Below the pieces are notes generated by a model that was given only the letters and a program-made list of their open reading frames with translations, did not search any database and was not told the DNA's origin. This document shows, piece after piece, positions 54,220-64,000 of a DNA stretch of 64,000 nucleotides. This DNA comes from Octopus sinensis. Lineage: Eukaryota. The stretch's first letter is position 1, and each line of letters starts with the position of its first letter. Location: assembly GCF_006345805.1 (NCBI RefSeq), contig NC_042998.1, forward strand, positions 1,426,001 through 1,490,000, given 5' to 3'. Made by a program: the position numbers and the translations under genes.

Positions 54220-54525
54220 AGCAGGAGAACCCAGTCATGGTTGTCAGACAATTTTTGCGACCACATCACCCCTAGCATCTGGTTAGCTAACTCCCCAAAC
54301 AGCAACTCACTTTATTATCATATGTGAACCGCAGTTGAGCGAGAGACCAACGCCACTCTTTGTAACACCAAAGATGAAATGAAGGCAAAGATTACGGCAG
54401 CATTCACCAACTTAAACAAGGGGACCGTCCAGAAGTATTTCAGGAGATTCAGAAGTCGTCTGGAGGCCGTGGTTGAAACCAATCGTGATTTTATTGAATA
54501 AATTCACTTTTAGTATTTCAAGATA
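54220..54525 (+). mobile_element. Tc1/mariner transposase C-terminal fragment
   Basis: SRRTQSWLSDNFCDHITPSIWLANSP...AVERETNATLCNTKDEMKAKITAAFTNLNKGTVQKYFRRFRSRLEAVVETNRDFIE*. Confidence 0.85.
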
Positions 54526-54730
54526 TTTGTGTTTGTCCCCTCACCACCACTTCACAAAAGGTGCTGGCTTCTTTGCGTACCCGTAATCAAACGGTCCTGC
54601 AAAAGTGACCGACAAAAAAGAAAATATATACTAGGTTTAAAAATAAGTACTGGAGTCGATTTGTTAGACCAAACCTTTCAAGGTGGTGCCCCAGTTTGGC
54701 CGCAGTCCAATGAGTGAAGCAAATAAAAGC
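54526..54730 (+). mobile_element. SINE A, 3' half, degenerate
   Basis: GTGTTTGTCCCC...AATAAGTACTGGAGTCGATTTG...GGCCGCAGTCCAATGA. Confidence 0.7.
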
Positions 54731-55119
54731 TAAAAGATATCAATTTAGAAGCAACTGGAGAAAATAATAAAAAGAAAACGGAAAAGAAATAAAAAGAAAC
54801 CTTTCGGTGGAAGCATTCCGATACGTTTTGCCTTCTGCTGAATTTTTATGCTTGCAGCTCCGGCAATTCCATATCTTTTACGCCAACAGAATCTGAAGCA
54901 GCGACTCCAGTTCTTACCATTATTACTATTATTCCTCATTCTACTGCCAGATCCCGTGTGAACCTGTTGTAGGTTGTTGTTTTTTGTTGTGATTGTTTGT
55001 GATTTGTTGACACCAGGTTTGTTTTGTAGCATCCTAAACATTGTCGATAGATTCTACTACAGCAAGAAAAAACGAAGAAAAGAAGAAGAAATGCTGTTGA
55101 GTGAACGGGAAGGAGGATG

Positions 55120-55398
55120 AAGAAGAAGAAGAAGAAGAAGAAGAAGCAGATGGAGGAGGAGGAGGGGGGACAAGAAAAAGAAGAAGAACAACAACAACAA
55201 GTAGCAGTAGAGGGAGGAGGAGAACAACAAGTAGAAGAAGAAAAAAAAGAACAACAACAGCACCAACAAGTAGAAGTAGAGGGAGGAGGAGAACAACAAA
55301 TAGAAGAAGAACAACAACAAGTAGAAGTAGGTGTAGGAGGAGGAGGACGAGGAGGAGAAGGAGGAGGACGAGAAGAAGAAGAAGAAGAAGAAGAAAAA

Positions 55399-55440
<42 letters not shown>
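55120..55440. repeat. Mosaic (GAA)/(GGA)/(CAA)/(GAT) trinucleotide tract
   Basis: Directly visible. Confidence 0.9.
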
Positions 55441-55442
<2 letters not shown>

Positions 55443-56416
55443 CTCTCCCAGAGATACGCCCACACTCTCAATCCAACAGAACTATAACAACTAACGGAAC
55501 TTGAAGTAGTTAATAAACGCTGTGAGCAGTGGGAAATCTATCGAGTTGAGCCATTAGAACTCTATCCGGCAAAAAGCAAAAAGGCCGGGAGGGCGGGGCG
55601 AAACCAAACACAGTGAAATCGTCAATCAAAGGTAGATATCTGGCAACAGGCCATTCCACTGAATCTTCGCTGCTGCGCACAATTAGAAATGAATCGAATT
55701 CCTCTGCTATTTCCAAGCGTACGTCATACCATCTGCCCGATAGTAGAGAATAAAGAGGTGGAGGAGGAGGAGGAAGGGGGCTTAAGGAGGAGGAAGACGG
55801 AGAAGGTGTAGGAAGGGGGAGCGTAGAGAACAAAAACAATGAAATAGACAATAAAATGTAGAAAGAGAAAGGGGGCGAGGCGGAGTGGGGAGAGGAAAAA
55901 AAAAAGAAAGGAAAGAACAATCCTGCATTCTTGAGTGCTTCCAATTTCCTTCGCTCCATAGTCTTACTATCTCTTTTGGTTGGCCTTTGTGGTAGAAGAA
56001 CATTTTTGTGAATGACTCATTGAAAATGCGTCCGATCGCAGAGGCAGGTCAACAGAGTAAAAACTACCTGAAAGGATGAAGGATGAGAAAGATGACGTCA
56101 AGATGTTCTACCTCGGTTTAGATTTCTCAACAAACCCAAAATTAGTTTTCTTTTCTGCTTTCTGTTCCTTTTACTATTTTTTCGTTCTCTTTTTCTTTTC
56201 GTGTTCTTTTTTTGTTATTCTTATTATTATTTTTTTTTTCATTGTAGATCTTTTTTTTTACTTTCTGATATGATCACAAAACAACTTAGTCATTGTTAAA
56301 ACTTTTCTCTCAATGTTTTCCTTTCTCCTGAACATAACCAAAACTGATTCAGTACTCGAACGCTTGACCCATATTTCGCTCTTGGTTCACAGCCAAACCA
56401 TACTCGCGAAAAGGAT

Positions 56417-56486
<70 letters not shown>

Positions 56487-56824
56487 GCCACTACTACTAC
56501 TACTATTATCCTCATCATTATCCTCATCTCTGACAGAAGCATTAACCAACATTAACCAGAAGGATTCTTTCGTTACAAAGGAACAAACGAATAAAAACAA
56601 AGCATCGGATGTCTACAGGACTCATCATTAATACAACAGAAGGAAAGGCGGTAGAGCAGCAGAAACAGTCAACCGTCAAGCAAAGAGCTCAACACCGTTT
56701 CTTCTCAGCATGAATTCAAATCCTGGCGGGTTGAGATTTTCTTGTTATCTTTTCTAAATCGATTAAATCAATACTAGTCGAACGCTAGTAGTTCCTATAC
56801 TCGATATATTTAGGACCGTGTACC

Positions 56825-56859
<35 letters not shown>

Positions 56860-56899
56860 TTCTTTCTTTCTTCTTTCTTTCTTTTTTTTTTACATATTG

Positions 56900-57220
56900 G
56901 GTTTGGAGGAAAGAGTAGTGATCATGGCCTTGGCAGGCCTTCCTCGATCCGTGAGATTAATGCCGTTCAAGAGATCCCGAGGTCTGACGTTTCTGCGCAA
57001 GAATTGTTGTGTGTAGCGGTGGGTGCGTGGTGGGAGAGGGATGGGCACAACATGGAGGTGGGGGGTCATACGAGGAGGAGGAGACGAGCGAAATGGTATG
57101 AGACGAGCCATCTTCGAGAATCAGAGGCCGTCATAACAGCGGTATAAAAGGCTGAGAGAAAAGAACTATACGTCTGTGCGCCGGAAGCTAGAGCTGTATG
57201 GGTGAATGGTTACTCATACA
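56900..57220 (-). mobile_element. Possible CR1/Jockey-like LINE 3' remnant
   Basis: SPPPRMTPHLHVVPIP...RTHRYTQQFLRRNVR loosely matches RT C-terminal RTxxxxxSFxxR. Confidence 0.35.
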
Positions 57221-57359
57221 CAATCAGTGATGACCATTAGTGTGAGTAGACCTGAGCTTTGTAGAATATCAGTAACGAAGGAGGAAATGAAGTATTTTCT
57301 GGTTTTGAAAAGAAGAACTAGAGTAGTGGGATACCTATCTTACAGTGATCTTTTTTACT

Positions 57360-57950
57360 ATAGGCGGCACAAGGCCTGAAATTTGAGTGTAGAAGGGATA
57401 TGGGAACAGTGAATTACATCGACCCCAGTACTTCACAGGTGCTTATTCCATAGACCCCAAAAGAATGAAAGGTAAAGTCGAGCACAGCGGAATATAAACC
57501 CAGGACGTAGAAACCGGAAGAAATGACGCTAAACAGCGAATTAGCAGAATAGTAAGTACGCCGCACATTTCGTTCGTCTTTCCGGTCCGAGTTTAAATTC
57601 TGCCGAATTCGGTTTTGCCTTTCAATCTTTCGGGGTCGATGAAAATAAGTACGAGTCGTGCGCTGGGGGGGGGGGCATGTAATCGACTTAACCCTTTCCC
57701 AAAATTGCTGGCCTTGCGCCAAAATTTGAGACAGTGATTATTACGACGACGAGCTGGCAGAGTCATTAGCACGCCGAACAAAACGCTTGCTGGCGTTTCT
57801 TCTACTTTACGTTCTGGGTTCAAATTAAGTCGGCTTTACTTCTCGTTCTTTCGGAGGTGGATAAATTAAGTATCAGTTAAGCACTGATGTCAATGTAATC
57901 GACTAACCTCCTACAAAATTTCAAGACTTGTACCTACAGTTGAAACGATT
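57360..57950. mobile_element. Three SINE B copies: 57360-57545 (minus), 57555-57732 (plus), 57750-57950 (plus)
   Basis: B core motifs. Confidence 0.82.
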
Positions 57951-58050
57951 ATTAAACAACGAAAAACAAACTGAAAAAACTGAAGCGGGAAATTCTTGGC
58001 TGTCTGACTAAAATGTGGGTGTTGGATGACCGACGTATATGTTCTTGTAC

Positions 58051-58099
<49 letters not shown>

Positions 58100-58105
<6 letters not shown>

Positions 58106-58290
58106 AAGTTAATCCAAACAAGAAAACACAGAAAAAAAACACAGCAACGCGAGGACGTGGAACAATTAAAGTATTATTTGACGCTCAGGAAAGAAGGGAA
58201 GGGGGGTTTAACATTTCGAGCGGAGCTCTTCGTCGGAAACAAAGAAGAAGGAAAGATCCCGAGAAGGGAAGACAGAGGAAAAAAAATTTT
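58100..58290 (-). mobile_element. Second copy of the HHR-bearing ~200-bp repeat (motif 58206-58240)
   Basis: Minus strand GTTTCCGACGAAGAGCTCCGCTCGAAATGTTAAAC. Confidence 0.8.
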
Positions 58291-58644
58291 TTCCTGGTGG
58301 TGCTCAAGAGATCACATGTTATATATATATATAATACAAAAATGGGACAAGAACGCAAAACATCCAAACAGACGATACAAAGAAAACAAGGACGGGTCAT
58401 TCGGAATTTTCTTTCTTCAGTCGAGTTCCAGATTATCGTTGCAATTTCAGCTGGTTATACTTGAGATTGCTACAATCTGGCCAGCCCCAAGGAAAAACTA
58501 ATTTAAGAGCACTAGATTCCTTGGAAGAAAGCAGCGAATGTATACCAAAACAAGGACGGGGAAAAACGGAGAAATGGTACACGAATACAAATAACAGGAC
58601 ATTATCAATGGGTGTCTTTCGATATATATATATATATATATATA

Positions 58645-58995
58645 TATCATCATCATTGTTCGACCGTGGTCAAGACAATGGAATTTACCATGCTACGCCA
58701 GACTTCACGGTCCATCATGGCATTACGGAGGTCCTGTTGCTGGATGCCTGTATCCCTGGAGATTACATCAGGGTAGGAGAGTGTGCAATTAACTGCACCA
58801 GGGTTCCTCTTCCCCAGGGAACCAGACCTAATGGTATACCTGCGGATGTAGGTCCAGCCCCTGCTTTGCCGGGTCCTGTCTCTGATCACGTTGCACCTCC
58901 AAGGGCATCCATTGACGGTGATGCCCTCAATCTTAACAGACGGGTATCACCTGATGGAGAAGAGTCAGCTCCCAACCAAACAACACCAAACAAAC
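58645..58995 (-). mobile_element. Internally deleted RTE derivative
   Basis: 3' end TLSYPDVISRDTGIQQQDLRNAMMDREVWRSMVNSIVLTTVEQ* plus (TGA)n tail, joined at ~58775 to a non-RT segment; (TA)n flanks. Confidence 0.75.
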
Positions 58996-58996
58996 A

Positions 58997-59031
<35 letters not shown>

Positions 59032-59629
59032 CATGTGTGTGTGTGTGTATTAACTAGAATGTTTTCCTAGCTTTCCATCTGCCTATATGTCTGTGTGTCT
59101 GCTTGTCCCTATTAATTCCTGTCTGCCTATAATTCCTATTCATCATTTGTTTGCTATATTCACTCGGTTTCAATATATTTCAGTCCTACTCCACACTATT
59201 CTCATAATAGATGCCGATATGTACCCACACGTGCAGGCGGGAAAACAAGCAATGACAGATATATGTTAATATACTTCTATGTCTTTATCAGTATCTATAT
59301 ATTAGAACGAACGCACACACACACAACCATACATACATACACATATACATAAACACACACATACATGCATATGTAGTTATTTGTGTATATAACATACGCG
59401 TAATGCACTTGGTTTCATCTCTTAACACATGGCCTTCCTTTGACATCATCTTTTGATATGATTTCCGACGTTGGCCATAAACATGGAACATGAGCTCAAG
59501 ATTTAGCAAACAGTACTTGATATTTCTGATCTGTGAATGTTTGCTGGGGAAAGATCCGGATGACAATGTTTATACTCTTTATATTATTTCAACACCTCGA
59601 ATCCTCCCAGGATTTATTTATTCATTTAC

Positions 59630-59830
<201 letters not shown>

Positions 59831-59911
59831 ATAGATGCATATGGACGTCTCTGACATTAAGAAATTAATTTTTGCCCTGATTATCTTATGGAAAAGAGCT
59901 CTTTAGTATTT

Positions 59912-60216
59912 CAAAGCTTTGTGAGTAGATTTGGTAGAGAGAAACTGAAAGAAGCCTGTTGCACGTGTGTATGTGTGTGTGTGTGCGTGCGTGTGTGTGT
60001 GGGGGTGTGTTTGTGTCTGTATTTGTTCCCCCACGATCTCTTGACTATGGATGGTGGTGGTTCCCGTAAAGTAGCGGTTCGGCAAAAGAGACTGATAGAA
60101 TAAGTACTAAGATTACAAAGAATAAGTCCTGCGATCGGTTTCTTTAACTGAAACCCTTTACGGTGGTGCTCCAGCATGACAGCAGTCAAATGACGGCAGT
60201 GTGCAAAAGAGTAAAG
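59912..60216 (+). mobile_element. SINE A lacking its head, degenerate
   Basis: Family A body and 3' part. Confidence 0.8.
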
Positions 60217-60947
60217 TAGTATGAAATCTAACAGAGCAACAACAACAACAGTAGCGTTACAAAAGTGTATCGTTTCTCTAATGCCGTGGGTCACAAGAAG
60301 TACTGAATATAAGGCAGAGCCAAGAAGAAAGGAGAACGAGGTTATGTCGGAATAAATGTGGACGAGGTACGTCGCTGACAGAATAGCTCTTCTTTCAAGG
60401 ATTTTATTTAAAAAGAAAAAGCAAGGAGGAAAAGGGCATATCTCTGTTTTTTGGAAGTAACAAGGAGTTTTACGATATGTTCTAAAATCAGAGGATTCTA
60501 TCGATGTGTAGAGGGATGTCCGTTCTCTTGTTCAAGGGCTGACATACAGAAGATTTAGAACAGAGCAAAAAGGGAGACATGAAATGTGCGTTGCTTGCCA
60601 GCCAATATGCAGGTACTGCAGTACACGAACAGGAAAAATAAAAGGTTAGAATCAAAGATATTGGTGCCAGCATGATCCCGTGATTCGTTGTCACCATTGA
60701 TGAACAGTACAAGAAGATAGAAAATGTAAAAGTGACTTAAAAGAACGTGTTCAGTTGTAGTCTGCCCAGAAGCAGAAAGCAAAGAAGAAAAACAGAAAAA
60801 GTGGAGGAGAAATCCTTGAATGATAGAAATGTAAACTATAGCAGATGTTACTGTTGCTGTTTCTTACAACACTGACAGTGGAAGCTCTGAGATTAGATGG
60901 AACAGAAGTAGAAACAGAGGCGCCCCCTTTTCAGCATTATAGTCACT

Positions 60948-61175
60948 TACGAGGTGGTATCAGAAGGTTCCTGGACTACTTATGTTTATCAGAAAATAAT
61001 TTATTTACCTAACTTTTAACGTCAATCTCCTTCGAAACAGTCACTTTGCGCAGCAATACACTGATCCTGGCGTTCATACCACTTTTGGAATCCAGCCTGG
61101 AAGTCGTTTTCCGTAAGCGAGTCGAGGACCTTCTGCGATTCGTTCTGGATCTCGCCAACAGTGTTAAAACGGCCA
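60948..61175 (-). mobile_element. Mariner 3' end with TIR
   Basis: TA + CGAGGTGGTATCAGAAGGTTCCTGGACT TIR-like at 60948-60977; GRFNTVGEIQNESQKVLDSLTENDFQAGFQKWYERQDQCIAAQSDCFEGD. Confidence 0.85.
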
Positions 61176-61360
61176 CATTTGAGCTGCATTTCGTCCGTCG
61201 TTACGTTCTGAGTTCAAATTCCGCCGATGTCAACTTTGCCTTTCATTCTTTCAGAGTCGATAAATTAAGTACCAGTGGAACACTGGGGCCGATGTAATCA
61301 ACTAGTCCCTCAACCTACAAAAAAAAAATTATTTGCAGGCGTTATGCCTTTAGTAGGAAG
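61176..61360 (+). mobile_element. SINE B abutting the mariner remnant
   Basis: B-box GAGTTCAAATTCC and core. Confidence 0.85.
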
Positions 61361-61399
61361 GATTCATATACACACAACAGATTGGACTGCTGGAAAAGA

Positions 61400-62345
61400 A
61401 AAGAAAATCCCAACATAGGGCTGCAACAAGTAATCTTAGATGCCAAGAACCCTCCTAAGTACCCTAGCTGTCCCTAATAACACTGTTTTCTGGAGCTGTA
61501 CTAAACTGGATTTAATTCCTATTTCCTCTATCCATCTGTTCAGATCTTTAGGGATACTTCCCAATGTACCTATAACTATTGGGATACATTTTAACCGCCC
61601 TTACTATAGTCTCTGTAATTCAATGGCTACGGCCTGGTACTTTGCTATTTTCTCTATACCTCTCATATCGATTTTTTTTCATCATTTGGGACTGAAAAGT
61701 GAGTTGCCTGGCACTTTCTATTTTCTTTATCAACAACTACTAAATCAGGCCTTGTAGCTTCTATTACTCTGTCAGTCTGAATGTTAAAGTCCTACAATAT
61801 CGTATATTTCTTACTTTCTAGTACTCTACTAGGTTCATGTTCATACCATTTACCGGTTTGTTCAAACCCTAGCTTTCTACATAGCTTCCAGTGGATTACT
61901 CTCCCTAGATTGTCATAGATTCACTAGATTCGAACCATTTAGCTTTGACTTCATTAGCTTCCTTACCCAGCTGATGTACTCCTCAATTTTCGTTTTCATT
62001 TCTAAACTTAGTACGATGTCAGATTCTAATATACCTACCTAGATAGTTATAACTCCCTCCTCCTTTCAATGCTCTTAATGTTTGGCCATCTGGTAATTGG
62101 ATGCCTTCGCTGTTGACTACATGTCCCCTTCTCATGACTAATATTACTCACTTATCTATGCCAAATCCCATGCTTATATCTTTGCTGAAGAGTCTTATAG
62201 TCTGCATTAAAGAATATATCTCTTTTTCATTCTTACAAAAAACCTCAGCTCATCCATGAAGAACAAATGATTAATATTTCCCTTACTATATCTGAACTGA
62301 TATCCTGCTTTTGTCTTCCATAATACTAAACTGAGGGAGATCAAA
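61400..62345 (-). mobile_element. R4/Dong-type LINE fragment, internally deleted
   Basis: RT part NINHLFFMDE...; then HDNLGRVIHWKLC, WYEHEP, RPDLVVVDKENRKC, PIVIGTLGSIPKDLNRWIEEIGIKSSLVQLQKTVLLGTARVLRRVLGI*. Confidence 0.88.
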
Positions 62346-62694
62346 CAAGACAAATATTAAAGGGGACAAGTTTGTCATTTGATATTACTCTATCATGTGT
62401 TAATGCTGTATTACGATAACAGCTGTGGTCAGTCTGCATCTTTACTGAACCACTGCCGAGCGAGAGAGGTCTTCCCTTAAACACCTAGTTTCATTTTCGT
62501 TGTTACAACCATCGGAAACTCCTGTCTCTCATAAACTGAGGTAAAGTAACGTTCATCACCATCATCATCATCACCACTATTATTTTTCGACATCTGATAG
62601 TTTCAAGCAACTTTCTATTGCATAATTTGTTGCACCTTTGAGCTGATGCGGTGGTGTGTGCTGCATTTTTTATTTTTATTTTTTATTTATTTAT

Positions 62695-62762
<68 letters not shown>

Positions 62763-63204
62763 TCCTGCTGAGCTGTCAAAACTTTTCTTCGTGATTTTGA
62801 CAACCCTAAAATTCTGGATAATTACCGTTTGAAAGTGAATGACATATTTTATTTCATTTAGCTTAATATAATACGGGTCATTCTCAACTATTTGGAGTAT
62901 ATTTTACACCAAAGTAATCGAGGAAGTTTAATTATTTCTGACATTTCGTTTTTCTCTTCAGATATTTGCAAACAATGCTGTCTACAAAAACAATAAAGAG
63001 AGTCACCTTCAAAACACAGTAAACGACAAATACTCAACAAGCAGACATTTGCAACGTTTATCTCTACCGCTCCACAAATGTTTTTTTTTTTTTTCTGCTT
63101 ATACTAATAAAGTAATAATTGCCAGTGATGCTGACTGATGCAGAGAAGAGTATCCTCAGCTGGTCCGAGTAATATTCACATGCCTCAAGGTACATTTTTT
63201 AACT

Positions 63205-63343
63205 GGCGTGGCTGTGAGGTAAGACGTTTGTATCCCAACCTCATGATTCGGGGTTCAGTCCCACTGTGTCTTCTACTATAGCCTCGGTTCGACCAGAAGC
63301 CCGTGAGTGGATTTGGCAGACGGAGAAACTAAAAAAATCCCCT

Positions 63344-63345
<2 letters not shown>
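63205..63345 (+). mobile_element. SINE A, 5' half
   Basis: GGCGTGGCTGTGAGGTAAG...GGGTTCAGTCCCACTG. Confidence 0.8.
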
Positions 63346-63394
<49 letters not shown>

Positions 63395-63453
63395 TATATA
63401 TAGTGAGGGAAGAAATGGAGCTGGACGAAGATTTTACAAAATTCCTTTTTATT

Positions 63454-63539
63454 ATTTTCTACATATGTTTCAAAGGCTGCAAAGTCCCTAATTCGGATTG
63501 AATAAGGAGACCATTTTGCAGCTTTCTCTTCAGGAAAGT
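63454..63539 (-). ncRNA. Type I hammerhead ribozyme, minus strand (mirror copy)
   Basis: Identical to the plus copy except one stem I mismatch at 63538; predicted cut after 63460 on the minus strand. Confidence 0.78.
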
Positions 63540-63629
63540 CCAGGAACTTAATCTCCAAACAAATGCGGGCTCCTAGAGAGCGTTTGTCGAAAAGCTTGCT
63601 GCGCATTTGTTTGGAGATTAAGTTCCTGG

Positions 63630-63715
63630 ATTTTCCTGAAGAGAAAGCTGCAAAATGGTCTCCTTATTCAATCCGAATTAGGGACTTTGCAGCCTTTGAA
63701 ACATATGTAGAAAAT
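63630..63715 (+). ncRNA. Type I hammerhead ribozyme, plus strand
   Basis: Stem I ATTTTC/GAAAAT; CTGAAGA 63636-63642; long stem II; GAAA 63698-63701; stem III palindrome ACATATGT; GUA site, predicted cut after 63709. Confidence 0.8.
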
Positions 63716-64000
63716 AATAAAAAGGAATTTTGTAAAATCTTCGTCCAGCTCCATTTCTTCCCTCACTAAATATATAAAACTTCAATTATCCGCACTAAGG
63801 CACGGTTGCGATACCCCAACCGTGATTTTTCTGTTGTGATTTTTGCTACCCAGGTATCGGTTATAATTTGAATAATCCGTAACAAGATAATTCATTTATC
63901 CATTTCAATAATAATAATAATATATATAATATATATTATATATATATATATAATATATATATATAAGTATGTATGTATGTTGTATGTATGTATGTATGTA

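Larger units (their letters stand above)
63401..63768. mobile_element. 368-bp foldback element, 167-bp arms with one mismatch, 34-nt spacer, TA at both ends
   Basis: 63401-63567 is the reverse complement of 63602-63768 except 63538/63631. Confidence 0.95.

Noticed and set aside
55117-55494. 125-aa E/Q/G/D-rich ORF
   Set aside because: The purine-rich trinucleotide strand is nearly free of T, so an open frame is uninformative.
58390-58425. CTGAAGAAAGAAAATTCCGAATGACCCGTC on the minus strand
   Set aside because: GAAT instead of GAAA and no stem I or III pairing.
60220-60940. Repeat-poor stretch with a Cys-rich frame (CVACQPICRYC)
   Set aside because: Stops in all frames and no coherent splice pair; probably a decayed unknown element.
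63568-63601. Spacer CTAGAGAGCGTTTGTCGAAAAG as a third HHR
   Set aside because: Core reads CTAGAGA, not CTGANGA, and stem III is absent.
63563-63769. Mirror ORFs sharing RICLEIKFLDFPEEKAAKWSPYS...
   Set aside because: A by-product of the inverted repeat; no recognisable domain, and the RNA structure explains the sequence better.

Overview
AT-rich, microsatellite-saturated eukaryotic non-coding DNA. The repeat families look like those of an Octopus (cephalopod) genome; this is recall, not a database hit. I found no confident host protein-coding exon, and nearly all supplied ORFs are translations of (TA)n, (CA)n, (CATA)n or trinucleotide tracts. The window holds at least five tRNA-headed SINE families, decayed LINE pieces (RTE, R4/Dong-type, CR1-like, L1/Tx1-like), two Penelope-like element (PLE) remnants, Tc1/mariner remnants, Helentron-like non-autonomous elements and several foldbacks. 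The standout is a 368-bp inverted repeat at 63401-63768 (167-bp arms, one mismatch). Each arm spells a complete type I hammerhead ribozyme (HHR), one per strand. An older foldback at 5928-6153 seems to share this design, and further PLE-type HHR motifs occur at ~28.1, 31.4, 44.4, 51.5 and 58.2 kb, one of them behind a tRNA-derived SINE head. Coordinates were counted by eye (repeat edges +/- ~10 nt); no alignment or folding program was run.
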